Below, one piece after another: positions 28,774-38,475 of a stretch of 64,000 bases of DNA. Source of the DNA: Luteolibacter sp. (GTDB lineage Bacteria > Verrucomicrobiota > Verrucomicrobiia > Verrucomicrobiales > Akkermansiaceae); NCBI GenBank assembly GCA_030696085.1, contig JAUYNL010000046.1, positions 4,696 to 68,695 of the forward strand. The letters run 5' to 3'. Within the stretch, counting starts at the first letter, position 1. Each line of letters begins with the position of its first letter. The notes below the pieces were generated by a model, which worked only from the letters and a program-made list of their open reading frames with translations, had not been told where the DNA came from and ran no database searches. Both the position numbers and the translations under genes were made by a program.

Positions 28774-29310
28774 TCACCCGATCAGGAAAACATCGAGGAA
28801 AAACCACAGGATCATGGCCGCGCCGAAGGCGAGCTTGAGGCCCATGCCGGTAAGCGTGCCCACCACCGAGCCGACGCCCGAAATGACCGCAGGCCGGAAT
28901 TTGCTGCGGGCAAACCCGAGTTCACAGACCAGCGCTCCCGCAAGCGGACCCACCAGCAGGCCGAAAGGCATGAAAAACATCCCGACAAGGCCGCCAATCA
29001 AGGCCCCGAGCGCACCCCAGCGGCTGCCGCCGAACCATTTCGCGCCGGCGGCTCCGCTCAACAATTCCAGAGTTTGCGATGCCGCCATCATCAGACCGAG
29101 AATCAGGAATGACCACCATTGCAGTCCGGAATCCTCCTCGCCCAGCATCAGGCGGTGCGCCACCGCGGCGATGAGCAGGATCAAATGGCCCGGCAGGACC
29201 GGCAGCACGCATCCCACGGCCCCCGCCAGCAACAGGCTCAAGGTCACCAGCCAAGCCACGCCGATTCCGACTCCTCCCCACAGCGTATCGGATTGAAACC
29301 ACTCCCACAC
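28774..29310 (-). CDS. DUF456 family membrane protein
   Basis: VAWLVTLSLLLAGAVGCVLPVLPGHLILLIAAV...GAAGAKWFGGSRWGALGALIGGLVGMFFMPFGLLVGPLAGALVCE. GTG start. Confidence 0.75.
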   Translation of the reverse strand: MWEWFQSDTLWGGVGIGVAWLVTLSLLLAGAVGCVLPVLPGHLILLIAAVAHRLMLGEEDSGLQWWSFLILGLMMAASQTLELLSGAAGAKWFGGSRWGALGALIGGLVGMFFMPFGLLVGPLAGALVCELGFARSKFRPAVISGVGSVVGTLTGMGLKLAFGAAMILWFFLDVFLIG

Positions 29311-29322
29311 GTGCTTGTTGGG

Positions 29323-29802
29323 TCAGCCTTTCACCTGTGAATTGGAAATCCGCTCTTCCGGTATCGCGCTTGGGGCTGCGCCAGTCGCCCGGTTCCGTAT
29401 GGCGTGGAGGTTTGTTCCGCGCTTCGGGAGAAAGGGATGGAGCAGCGACTCTTCAAAATCGAAGGCTTCGGAGAAATCCTCGCGGCGATCCGAGTCCTGC
29501 TTGCCGAAAACCTGCTCCTCGATCAGATGAAACACCATGTCGCCCACGTCCTGGCATTTGCGCAACCCCCATTCGCGCATCAGCGTGGAGGCCATCGGGC
29601 CGAATTGATCGAGCGCAAAATCCCGGAATCCTTCCAGCAGTTCCGGACCACTGACATGGCGCGCCATTCCGCTGTTGCCCTCCGCGATGCGCTTGAGCGT
29701 GAAGTCCAGCGCGTCCTTGAGAAAAAAATAGGCATGCGGATCAAAACGCTGGTCGCGTTTCAGGATTGAAACGACGGATTGTTCAAACTGCATCGCCTGC
29801 AT
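29323..29802 (-). CDS. Minf_1886 family protein (TIGR04138-like)
   Basis: ILKRDQRFDPHAYFFLKDALDFTLKRI......HVSGPELLEGFRDFALDQFGPMASTLMREWGLRKCQDVGDMVFHLIE matches my recollection of this PVC-enriched family. The start is ambiguous (GTG 29826, ATG 29802 or ATG 29793). Confidence 0.65.
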   Translation of the reverse strand: MQAMQFEQSVVSILKRDQRFDPHAYFFLKDALDFTLKRIAEGNSGMARHVSGPELLEGFRDFALDQFGPMASTLMREWGLRKCQDVGDMVFHLIEEQVFGKQDSDRREDFSEAFDFEESLLHPFLPKRGTNLHAIRNRATGAAPSAIPEERISNSQVKG

Positions 29803-29979
29803 GGCGGCAAGATGCAGGATCACCACCCTCCTGTCAAAGATCTTGGTCCTCGCCAGGAAAATTCCGCATGCCCCGCCATGCTTTCTGCAAATTTCCTGTC
29901 TGCATGCTCAGCGTCCACAATCCCGTCTTGCCCCGCGCGGTCCCGCCTGCTTCGATCCGCGCCCCAGCACTCAAATCCC

Positions 29980-31545
29980 ATGGCCAACAAAGACGTCACC
30001 GATCCCGCCCGAATGGAGAAAATCGTATCGCTGTGCAAACGCCGCGGCTTCATTTTCCAAGCCGGCGAACTCTACGGCGGACTCAACGGATGCTGGGATT
30101 ACGGTCCGCTCGGCGCGGAACTGAAACGCAACCTCAAGGATTTCTGGTGGCGCAAGACCGTCCAGGAACGCGACGACGTGCTCGGCTTGGACGGAGCGAT
30201 CCTGACCATGGAGCAGGTGCTCGTTTCTTCGGGGCATGTCGGTGGTTTCTCCGATCCGATGTGCGACTGCCTTCTTTCGAAGGCCCGCCTCCGCGCCGAT
30301 CAGATTCCGGCCCAGGACGGCACGGCGGTTTGGTTCAGCGGCGCGAAACACGCGGCGACCGAGTGGAGCCTCGAGCGTTCCTTCGCAGTTCTCGTTGCCA
30401 CCGGCAAGGACCCGATGGACGCCCACAAGACCGCCCGGAAATACTACTCCGAATTTCTATCCAACAAACAGATCTCGCCGAAGGAACTCGAAGTCACCGA
30501 GGAGCGCCGCGAGGAAGTCACCGGCACCACCCAGTTCAATCCGGACAACGGCTCGCTGCTCACCGAGCCACGCCAGTTCAACCTGATGCTCCAGACGAAC
30601 TTCGGCGCCACCGGCGAGCAGATCGCCTACCTCCGCCCGGAGACCGCGCAGTCAATCTTCTGCCAATACAAGAACGTGCTCGATTCCAACCGCATCAAGC
30701 TGCCATTCGGCATCGCGCAGGTCGGCAAGTCATTCCGCAACGAGATCAACCCGCGCAACTACACCTTCCGCTCGCGCGAGTTCGAGCAGATGGAAATCGA
30801 ATACTTCTGCCACCCGGACGACGGCATGCGCCTCACCGACGAGTGGTTGGAAACACGGCTGAGTTTCTATGAGGAAATCGGCATCCCGCGGGAAAAACTC
30901 CACATCCTCGATGTGCCCGATGGCGAGCGCGCGTTCTACTCGAAAAAGACCTACGACATCGAATACGAATTCCCCTTCGGCATCCAGGAACTCGAAGGCG
31001 TCGCCTACCGCACCGACTACGATCTCGGCGTCCATCAGAAAGGCGCGGGCAAGCCGCTCGAATACTTCGATGAGGAAACGAAACAGAAGTTCCTCCCGCA
31101 CGTCGTCGAGCCGTCCGCCGGTTGCGACCGCACCATCCTCGCGCTCATCTGCGAGGCCTTTGATGAGGAGACTCTAACCGACGACAAGGGCAAGGAAGAC
31201 ATCCGCACCGTGTTGCGCTTCAAGCCCACCATGGCTCCGATCAAGGTTGGCATCTTCCCGATGCTCAAGAAGAACGAGGAGCAGGTCCGCATCGCCCGGG
31301 ACGTCCAGAAATCCCTGCAAAAATGGATGCCCGTCTTCTACGACGACGGCGGTGCCATCGGCCGCCGCTACCGCCGCCAGGACGAAATCGGCACGCCATT
31401 CTGCGTGACCGTGGACTTCGACACCCTCGGCGAAAACGGCGACGACCTCAAGGGCACCGTCACCATCCGCCACCGCGATTCCATGGAACAGGAACGCATC
31501 AAGATCGACGCCCTCCTGCCATGGCTGCTGGAGCGCGTGAGATGA
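29980..31545 (+). CDS. glyQS: glycine--tRNA ligase (dimeric class II, GlyQS type)
   Basis: Start re-picked to ATG 29980: MANKDVTDPARMEKIVSLCKRRGFIFQAGELYGGLNGCWDYGPLGAELKRNLKDFWW..., FRNEINPRNYTFRSREFEQMEIEYF, EPSAGCDRTILA, and a C-terminal anticodon-binding domain. Confidence 0.93.
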   Translation: MANKDVTDPARMEKIVSLCKRRGFIFQAGELYGGLNGCWDYGPLGAELKRNLKDFWWRKTVQERDDVLGLDGAILTMEQVLVSSGHVGGFSDPMCDCLLSKARLRADQIPAQDGTAVWFSGAKHAATEWSLERSFAVLVATGKDPMDAHKTARKYYSEFLSNKQISPKELEVTEERREEVTGTTQFNPDNGSLLTEPRQFNLMLQTNFGATGEQIAYLRPETAQSIFCQYKNVLDSNRIKLPFGIAQVGKSFRNEINPRNYTFRSREFEQMEIEYFCHPDDGMRLTDEWLETRLSFYEEIGIPREKLHILDVPDGERAFYSKKTYDIEYEFPFGIQELEGVAYRTDYDLGVHQKGAGKPLEYFDEETKQKFLPHVVEPSAGCDRTILALICEAFDEETLTDDKGKEDIRTVLRFKPTMAPIKVGIFPMLKKNEEQVRIARDVQKSLQKWMPVFYDDGGAIGRRYRRQDEIGTPFCVTVDFDTLGENGDDLKGTVTIRHRDSMEQERIKIDALLPWLLERVR

Positions 31546-31561
31546 CATCACTCCTCCTCAC

Positions 31562-32215
31562 GTGAAACCTTGTGTGATCTTCGACCTCGACGGCACGCTC
31601 GTCGATTCGCTGCCCGGCATCGCCGCCTCGCTCAACCGCAGCCTCAGCGCGCACGCCCTGCCGGAACACCCGCGGGCCGCCATCCGCGGCTTCGTCGGCG
31701 ATGGCCTCCGCACCCTGGTCCAGCGCGCGGCCCCCGCCGGCACCGATGCGGCGGGAATCGATTCGCTCATCGGCGTGTTCAAGGCCGACTACGCGCTCAC
31801 CTGGGCGGATGGCACCAAGGCCTATCCCGGCATTCACGGACTGCTTATTGAGCTTATGAAGTCTGGCTTCCAGCTCGCCGTATTATCTAACAAAACACAC
31901 GCATTCACCGTGGAAATGGCGCGTGGACTTTTCCCGGGAATCCACTTCTCCGAGGTGCTCGGCCAGCGCGATGGCTCCCCTCACAAGCCGCACCCCGCGG
32001 GAGCCCTGCAAATCTCCCTCACGCTCGGCGCGGCTCCTGAAAACTGCGTGGTCATCGGGGATTCCACCATCGATATCGAAACCGCCGCCAATGCCGGCAT
32101 GAAGGCCATCGGCGTCTCCTGGGGCTATCACAACCGCGCCCGCCTGCTCGCCGCCGGTGCGGAAACGATCATCGACCATCCATCGGAACTGCCCGCGCTG
32201 CTGGCTCTCCATTGA
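31562..32215 (+). CDS. gph: HAD family phosphoglycolate phosphatase-like hydrolase
   Basis: CVIFDLDGTLVDS, LAVLSNK, KPHPAG, VVIGDSTIDIETAANAGM. The track start at 31562 is GTG. Confidence 0.8.
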   Translation: MKPCVIFDLDGTLVDSLPGIAASLNRSLSAHALPEHPRAAIRGFVGDGLRTLVQRAAPAGTDAAGIDSLIGVFKADYALTWADGTKAYPGIHGLLIELMKSGFQLAVLSNKTHAFTVEMARGLFPGIHFSEVLGQRDGSPHKPHPAGALQISLTLGAAPENCVVIGDSTIDIETAANAGMKAIGVSWGYHNRARLLAAGAETIIDHPSELPALLALH

Positions 32216-33596
32216 ATTCCCTCGCAGCCGGCCGTGGCGGGCGGGTGAGGTCCAGCGCACGCTCTAACAAAGGCAGGCCGAGTGCGACCTGCTTCATGCG
32301 GATCAGCGCGTGCCACACCCATTCGAATTTTTTCCAACCGCCGGCGTAGGCGATGTGGCGCAGGGCTCCGGCAGCCTCCTTGGTCATGGCACCTTTAAAA
32401 ATATTGCCCCATTCGTAGAAGCGTCCGTAGGCATTCCAATAACCGTTTTCAAGTTGCTCCGGTGTCATCCGCGCGGGGCGGAACACCGTGTGGCGGGTGT
32501 CGTAGAGATCCCAGTCGCGGTGAAGCATGCGGCCTTCCGCCTCCATGCGCTGGAACAGCGCGGTGCCCGGATAGGGAGTCATCACGTGGAAGGTGGAGGT
32601 TTCGATGCCCTGGGAGACCGCCCAGTCCGCGGTGCGCTCGAAGACGTCCGGGCCGTCCTCGTCCATGCCGAATACAAACGAGCCGTTGACCATCACGCCG
32701 TGTTCATGCACGCGGCGGACGGCGGCGTTGTAATCGCGGCCGAGGTTCTGCACCTTGCCGTGATCGCGCAGGTTGTTGGCATCGAGGTTTTCGAAGCCCA
32801 CGAAAATCGAGCGCAGTCCGGCCTCCGCGGCTTTTTCCAGCAGGCCGGGCTTGATCAGGGAGTTGACGGTGGCGGCTCCCTGGAACACGCGGCCCATGCC
32901 CTTCATGCCATCGAACAACATCGCGGCGAAACGCGGCTCGCCTAACAAATGGTCGTCGAGGAAATAGACATGGCGGCCCGGCAGGCTGTCGATTTCCGCC
33001 AGCGCGTCGTCCACTTTTCGCACGTAGAAACCCGTGCCCTTGCCGAAGAACGCGTCCTTGTAACAGAAGTCACAGTGATGCGGGCAGCCGCGCGAGACGA
33101 TGATCGAGTTAGGCACCAGATAGAGGTCGCGCTTGATCAGATCCCGGCGCATGGGCGGAAGGTGGTCGAGCGTGCGGCCGAGCGGGGCGGCATAGCATGG
33201 TTTCGGGCGGCCCGCTTTGAAATCACGCAGGAATTCCGGAAACGTATCCTCGCCCGGTCCGAGAAATACCGTGTCCGCATGGGCCGCAGCCTCATCCGGC
33301 AGCGAGGTGACGTGCAGCCCGCCGAGGCATACATGCGCGCCTTTTTTCCGATAGTGATCCGCATAACGATAAGCGCGCGAGGCGCTGGTGATGTAAACCT
33401 GGATGATCACAAGATCCGGTTCGTCGGACAGGTCGACGTGTTCGACGTGTTCGTCCTGAAGCGTGATTTCCGCATCGGCGGGCAGATAGGCGGCGAGCGT
33501 CGCCAGGCCGAGCGGAGGAAAGAGCGAATACTTGATAGGCCGGAACAAGGGGCTGCGCGCTTCCGTCAGTGCGGGCAGGATCATTTTGACTTTCAT
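32169..33596 (-). CDS. B12-binding domain-containing radical SAM protein (with a DUF4070-type C-terminus)
   Basis: Start re-picked to ATG 33596: MKVKMILPALTE..., an N-terminal B12-binding-like Rossmann region, SRGCPHHCDFCY (CxxxCxxC), and a C-terminal helical region. Its 3' end overlaps the gph 3' end by 47 nt (convergent). Confidence 0.8.
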   Translation of the reverse strand: MKVKMILPALTEARSPLFRPIKYSLFPPLGLATLAAYLPADAEITLQDEHVEHVDLSDEPDLVIIQVYITSASRAYRYADHYRKKGAHVCLGGLHVTSLPDEAAAHADTVFLGPGEDTFPEFLRDFKAGRPKPCYAAPLGRTLDHLPPMRRDLIKRDLYLVPNSIIVSRGCPHHCDFCYKDAFFGKGTGFYVRKVDDALAEIDSLPGRHVYFLDDHLLGEPRFAAMLFDGMKGMGRVFQGAATVNSLIKPGLLEKAAEAGLRSIFVGFENLDANNLRDHGKVQNLGRDYNAAVRRVHEHGVMVNGSFVFGMDEDGPDVFERTADWAVSQGIETSTFHVMTPYPGTALFQRMEAEGRMLHRDWDLYDTRHTVFRPARMTPEQLENGYWNAYGRFYEWGNIFKGAMTKEAAGALRHIAYAGGWKKFEWVWHALIRMKQVALGLPLLERALDLTRPPRPAAREFNGEPAARAVPMDGR

Positions 33597-33664
33597 CGGC
33601 TGAATCGATGACAGCGATTCGTGAATCCCGTGTGAAGCTTGGGTGAAAAAACGGAGATCCGCTC

Positions 33665-34078
33665 TCAGCCGGCCCGGTTGCGCTCGTCCACCTGGCTGTT
33701 GAGCGTGCAGAAATCGTAAAGCCAGCCGAATCCAAGCAATCCCCCGGTCAGCAGCCACAGGATGCCCGTGCCGATTTTCCCGAGATAGAAGCGGTGGATG
33801 CCGAACAGGCCTAGAAATGTCTGCAAGATCCACGCCACCGAATAATCATATTTCCCGGCCGTATAGCGGAAGTCCGCGCGGCGGTCCATGCCCGGAATCA
33901 GGAACAAATCGACCAACCAGCCGATTCCTAACAATCCAAGCGTGAGCAGCCAAATCGTTCCGGTCACCGGCTTGCCATAATAAAACCGGTGCGAGCCGGT
34001 GAAGCCGAAAATCCACAGGAGATAACCGATCGTCTTGCTATGAGTGTCACCGCGCAGGATGTCCATGGCGGAAACCAT
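33665..34078 (-). CDS. TM2 domain-containing membrane protein (two TM2 repeats)
   Basis: GYLLWIFGFTGSHRFYYGKPVTGTIWLLTLGLLGIGWLVDLFLIP and AWILQTFLGLFGIHRFYLGKIGTGILWLLTGGLLGFGWLYDF. Confidence 0.8.
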   Translation of the reverse strand: MVSAMDILRGDTHSKTIGYLLWIFGFTGSHRFYYGKPVTGTIWLLTLGLLGIGWLVDLFLIPGMDRRADFRYTAGKYDYSVAWILQTFLGLFGIHRFYLGKIGTGILWLLTGGLLGFGWLYDFCTLNSQVDERNRAG

Positions 34079-34142
34079 GCCGCAAGCCCCGCTGCGGCGC
34101 CATCGAAATTCCGCGTCATCTGGACGATGTATTGGCGAAAAA

Positions 34143-34439
34143 TCAATTACCTCCCCGTTTTTTCCAATAACCGGGGCGTCGGCTCATGTGCATCACGGCA
34201 AGAACTTGCAGTTCATCAGACCGTATCCTGAAAACGAGAGCATAAGGGAAGACATCGAACCGGCATTTGCGCAGTTCTCCTTCAAAACAACGGTGGATCC
34301 CTGGATTTGCCGCCATGCGGTTTTCAGCGTCCTTCCATTTTTCAAGGAATCTGTTCTGGAGACCTTTTTCTTGCGATCCATACCACGCGGCGGCCTCGAT
34401 GCCTTCCTCACGCGCGTCCCGAGCATAGTTTACACGCAT
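34143..34439 (-). CDS. type II toxin-antitoxin system RelE/ParE family toxin
   Basis: 98 aa: ...EAAAWYGSQEKGLQNRFLEKWKDAENRMAANP...RKCRFDVFPYALVFRIRSDELQVLAVMHMSRRPGYW matches the ParE-like pattern. It begins 3 nt after the antitoxin ORF. Confidence 0.75.
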   Translation of the reverse strand: MRVNYARDAREEGIEAAAWYGSQEKGLQNRFLEKWKDAENRMAANPGIHRCFEGELRKCRFDVFPYALVFRIRSDELQVLAVMHMSRRPGYWKKRGGN

Positions 34440-34442
34440 GGC

Positions 34443-34688
34443 TTAGAGGGCTGTGCCAAAGCGCTGATTGATTTCCTTCCAGATCCCGTCCGCAGGAATG
34501 AGCGGCTCCTTGTGTGAGTCGATGTCGCTGGCGCGGCGCTGCAATTCCTCGCGCCACTCGGAGCTTAATTCATGATCGTCCTCATCCAGACTTTCCAACA
34601 GCCGGCTGGCGAGTTTGGAGCGATCCACGCGAGGAAGGTGGAGAGCTTCTTCCTCCAAGTGCTCGTAGGATTGGGTGGAAACTGCCAT
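34443..34688 (-). CDS. addiction-module antitoxin component (TIGR02574-like)
   Basis: Start re-picked to ATG 34688: MAVSTQSYEHLEEEALHLPRVDRSKLASRLLESLDEDD...SSEWREELQRRASDIDS. Confidence 0.7.
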   Translation of the reverse strand: MAVSTQSYEHLEEEALHLPRVDRSKLASRLLESLDEDDHELSSEWREELQRRASDIDSHKEPLIPADGIWKEINQRFGTAL

Positions 34689-34769
34689 GTCGGGAAAATA
34701 TACGATACTCCCTGTTCCTGCCAGCATTTTCCCGGATGCCTGTAAGCAAGCTGCCCCAATCATGCGGAT

Positions 34770-37700
34770 TTACAAACCCCCGAGCGCCGCCAGCATTTCC
34801 ACGATGCGTTTTTCGGAAACCTTGGTGGCGCAAGGCACGTCCGGCGCGAACAACGATACGCGCAGCTCCTCCAGCGCCCAGCCAAGCGGCCACAAGGCGG
34901 AATCCTCCGGATTCTCCGTCCAGCGCCGGAACCACGGAGTCCACAAACGGCGCAGGCGCTCCATTTTCTCAAGATCCTTCACAATCGGCAGCGAACCCAG
35001 CCGTCCTAACCGCGAGCGAATCGCCCGCAGGCGGCGCGGATAGTCGCGCAGCCCCGCGTGGCCCGCCCGCCACGCGAAACGCTGGCGGAACAACCACGCG
35101 AGCTGCTCGTCGAGATCTTCGGCGATATCCCCGAGATTGCGGTCCCTGCGGTGGCGGGCCAGCCAGTGATGGATGTCCGGAAGGAGTTCCAATATCTCAT
35201 CGAGGCTGCCGCCGATCCGCGCGGCGGACTCGAACCATCGCCCGCGCGCCCGCTCCGCCAGAGCGCGGAACTCATCCGGCGATTTCGGAAACACCCCACC
35301 GGCGGACTCCTCACAGGCTAACAGAATGATATCTTCCAACGAAGTCCCTCCCGCACCCAGCCGCGGCAGTTCCACCTTCGCCATCATGCCCATGGGAAAC
35401 TTCTTCCGCAGGTGATCGACCTGCGCCGCATGGGCGAGCCACAGCAAACGGGCGGCGCCCGCACGGTGGGATTCCGCCGCTTCGGCCGCGCTGGCGAAGG
35501 CCCGCACGCCGACGCTTTTCCCTTCGTCCACCAACGCCGGAAATGCGGGCCCGCCGGGCGTTTCCACGCGCTCCGGCAAGGTCTCGCCATCCCATGAGCT
35601 GATGCCGCTGCGCTCGACATCCGCATTCGCGGCCGCTTCGAAACGAACGCGCATGTGGTCGGCGAGCTGGAGTTTCAGCACGGCCACGTCCTCACCCATC
35701 GCGAGTTCCGCGCCATCGTCATCGCAGACCCATATCTTGGTCACCAGATGTGGTGGCAGCCGCGAGATATCATAGGCATCCACGGGAACCACCGCGCCGG
35801 TCCGCTCCTTGACATGATCCGACAAGGCCTGGAAAAGCGGCACATCCTTCGGCGCGTGGCACCACAAGTCCGCGAAGCCATCGGCCACAGCGCCGATCGG
35901 CTGGCAGACGCGCCGGTAATCCTTCGGCAGCGAGCGCAGCAGGATCTCGGCGCGCTCGCGCAGGTTGCCATCCACTCCCCAGCCCGGCAGCCAGGTGGGA
36001 AGCTTCGGCAGTTGATCGACATGCAGCCCCAGCGTCACGCCGTCGTCGCGCTCGCCGGCCTTGGCATGATAGTAGAGTTGATACTCATCCCCGTCGTGGC
36101 TGAGCCTGTCGGGAAACAGTTCGAGTCCCAGGGCGTCGAGATCCTCATCGAGCACATCGGCGAGCGAAAGCATGAGCTCGTCCTCATGGCTGGCGAGCCA
36201 CTTGTGAAAGGCCGCCGCGGTGTGGATGTCTTCCGGGATCCGGTCCTCACAGAAACGCAGCACCGCCTCCTCGCTCCACAAGCCGCCGGGCCTGCGCAGC
36301 TTCTCCTCCACCGCACCGATGTTGCCGCGCATCTCGTCGAGCTGGTTGAGAAAACGGCAGCGTTTCCTCAGACCGCCGCCTAACAAACCTTCGCGCAGGA
36401 ACACCGAGCGCGCCGCCCTGGCATCCACCCGGCCGTAATGCACGCGCCGCCCGGCCACCACCGGCAGGCCGCCGCAGATCACGGTTTCCTTGCCATACAC
36501 CGCGCCGTGGCCCTCGTCCCAGCGCGCATCGCCATAGCGGCTACGGCAAAGGTGCGGCGCGACCTGCTCCACCCACTCCGGATCGATGCGGGCCACCCGC
36601 CGCGCCCACAGCCGCGAGGTTTCCACCAGTTCCATGGCCACCACCCATTCGTGGCGCTTCGGCAATGCGAACAGGCCGGACCCGGGGAACACCGCGAAAA
36701 ATCCGCCCGACGCGCTGCGATACGCCTTGTTTTCCCGGTCCCACAGGCCGAACTGCCGCGGCACTCCGGCTAACAGCGAGCGGTGGATCGCCGCGTAGGG
36801 CAACTCCGCTCCTCCGCCTCCGGATGGTTTGACCTTCCACTCGCGCTCTAACAAATCAGCGAGTTCGTCCGCCACATTCGCCCACTCCATCACGCGGCGC
36901 GCGTTGAGAAACGCCGGGATGCAGAATTTCCGCAGCGCGTTGCGTTTCCATCGTCCGCGTTCGTCGCGGAACTTCGTGACATCCCGCCACATGCGCAGGA
37001 TGCCGATGAAGTCGCTGCCGCCATCCTTCCAGCGGGCGTGGGCCGCATCCGCCTCGCGGGCCTTTTCCGCCGGACGCTCGCGCGCATCGTTGGACTCCAG
37101 CGCGGCGATGATGGGCAGCATTTCCGCGAGGCAGTCTTCCTTGCGCGCCTCGATGAGCATCCGCCCGAGCCGCGGGTCCACCGGCAGGCGCGACATGCGC
37201 CGCCCGTAGTCGGTTAGATTTTTCTCGCGGTCCAGAGCGCCCACCTCGCGAAGCGTGCGGTATCCCTCGGAGACGGCTTTCGGCGCGGGCGGATCGAGAA
37301 ACGGAAAGTCGGAGATCTCCGGCAGGCCGAGCGCCTTCATGCGCAGGATCACCCCGGCGAGCGAACTGCGGCGGATTTCCGGATCGGTGAATTCCGGGCG
37401 TTCCGTCAGTTCCTCCTCTTCGTAGAGCCGCAGGCAGACGCCGTCGCGAACGCGGCCGCAGCGGCCCTTGCGCTGGCGCGCGCTGGCCTGGCTGACCGGC
37501 TCGATTTGCAGCCGCTGCACGCCCTTGCCCGGGCTCCAGCGGTTGACGCGGGCCACGCCGGAATCGATCACGCAGGCGATCCGCGGAATGGTGAGCGAGG
37601 TTTCCGCCACGTTGGTGGCGAGAATGATGCGGCGGTTGTTTCCAGGGTTGAACACGCGCTGCTGATCGGCCAGGCCGAGCCGTGCGAAGAGCGGCAGCAC

Positions 37701-38468
37701 CTCGGTGCCCGGATAGCGGCGGCCGTCCAGCAGCTCCGCGCACTCGCGGATCTCGCGCTCGCCGGGCAGGAACACCAGCACGTCTCCGCGCGGTTCCACG
37801 CCTGCCAGCCAATCGACCGCCCGCGCCACATGCTGCGGCAGGTCCTCATCGTCCTGAGGCGGCAGGAAAAACTCCGCCACCGGAAACATCCGGCCCGGAG
37901 CTTCGATCACCGGCACCTCCCTGTTCCCGCTGCCGAAAAACGCCGCGAATGAGCCCGCATCAAGCGTGGCGGAGGAGATCACCAGCTTCAGGTCCCGGCG
38001 TTTTTCCAGCAGCCGCTTCAGCCAACCTAACAGGAAATCAATATTCAGAGAGCGCTCATGGGCCTCGTCGAGGATGAGCACCTGATATTGGCGCAACTCG
38101 GGATCGCCCTGGGTCTCGGCCAGCAGGATGCCATCAGTCATGAACTTGATGCGCGTGTCGCGGGAGGTCCTGTCGTCGAAACGCACCTGATAGCCGACGA
38201 ATCCGCCGAGCGGCACGGTGAGTTCCTCGGCAACGCGTTTCGCCACGCTGGCTGCGGCGATGCGCCGCGGCTGGGTGCAGCCGATGCGTCCGCCGTCCGG
38301 GCCCATCGCCTCCGCCACCATTTTGGGAAGCTGGGTGGTTTTCCCCGAGCCGGTATCGCTCACCACCACCACCACCTGCCGGGTCCTGAGCGCGGCGAGG
38401 ATTTCCTCCCGGTGCTCGACCACCGGCAGCTCCGCGGGATAATTCCAGTTTCCAGAAAACCCAGTCAT
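34770..38468 (-). CDS. hrpA: ATP-dependent RNA helicase HrpA (DEAH-box)
   Basis: VVVSDTGSGKTTQLPK (motif I), LILDEAHERS (DEAH), SATL, LVFLPGEREI, TNVAETSLTIP, QRKGRCGR, and a long HA2/OB/HrpA C-terminal region. Start re-picked to ATG 38468. Confidence 0.92.
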   Translation of the reverse strand: MTGFSGNWNYPAELPVVEHREEILAALRTRQVVVVVSDTGSGKTTQLPKMVAEAMGPDGGRIGCTQPRRIAAASVAKRVAEELTVPLGGFVGYQVRFDDRTSRDTRIKFMTDGILLAETQGDPELRQYQVLILDEAHERSLNIDFLLGWLKRLLEKRRDLKLVISSATLDAGSFAAFFGSGNREVPVIEAPGRMFPVAEFFLPPQDDEDLPQHVARAVDWLAGVEPRGDVLVFLPGEREIRECAELLDGRRYPGTEVLPLFARLGLADQQRVFNPGNNRRIILATNVAETSLTIPRIACVIDSGVARVNRWSPGKGVQRLQIEPVSQASARQRKGRCGRVRDGVCLRLYEEEELTERPEFTDPEIRRSSLAGVILRMKALGLPEISDFPFLDPPAPKAVSEGYRTLREVGALDREKNLTDYGRRMSRLPVDPRLGRMLIEARKEDCLAEMLPIIAALESNDARERPAEKAREADAAHARWKDGGSDFIGILRMWRDVTKFRDERGRWKRNALRKFCIPAFLNARRVMEWANVADELADLLEREWKVKPSGGGGAELPYAAIHRSLLAGVPRQFGLWDRENKAYRSASGGFFAVFPGSGLFALPKRHEWVVAMELVETSRLWARRVARIDPEWVEQVAPHLCRSRYGDARWDEGHGAVYGKETVICGGLPVVAGRRVHYGRVDARAARSVFLREGLLGGGLRKRCRFLNQLDEMRGNIGAVEEKLRRPGGLWSEEAVLRFCEDRIPEDIHTAAAFHKWLASHEDELMLSLADVLDEDLDALGLELFPDRLSHDGDEYQLYYHAKAGERDDGVTLGLHVDQLPKLPTWLPGWGVDGNLRERAEILLRSLPKDYRRVCQPIGAVADGFADLWCHAPKDVPLFQALSDHVKERTGAVVPVDAYDISRLPPHLVTKIWVCDDDGAELAMGEDVAVLKLQLADHMRVRFEAAANADVERSGISSWDGETLPERVETPGGPAFPALVDEGKSVGVRAFASAAEAAESHRAGAARLLWLAHAAQVDHLRKKFPMGMMAKVELPRLGAGGTSLEDIILLACEESAGGVFPKSPDEFRALAERARGRWFESAARIGGSLDEILELLPDIHHWLARHRRDRNLGDIAEDLDEQLAWLFRQRFAWRAGHAGLRDYPRRLRAIRSRLGRLGSLPIVKDLEKMERLRRLWTPWFRRWTENPEDSALWPLGWALEELRVSLFAPDVPCATKVSEKRIVEMLAALGGL

Positions 38469-38475
38469 TGGAAAT

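Noticed and set aside
28460-29296. 278-aa plus-strand ORF in the track
   Set aside because: It runs antisense through the RNase P RNA gene and the DUF456 gene. It is Pro/Arg/Ser/Ala-rich with no recognisable motifs, which is a typical GC-rich shadow ORF.
29827-29979. Possible T-box or other leader upstream of glyQS
   Set aside because: The 150-nt divergent spacer shows no T-box consensus, specifier-loop arrangement or terminator/antiterminator alternative that I can see.
32169-32215. 47-nt convergent overlap between the gph and radical SAM 3' ends
   Set aside because: It most likely reflects poorly conserved C-terminal tails running to the first available stop in GC-rich DNA. There is no evidence of functional antisense regulation.
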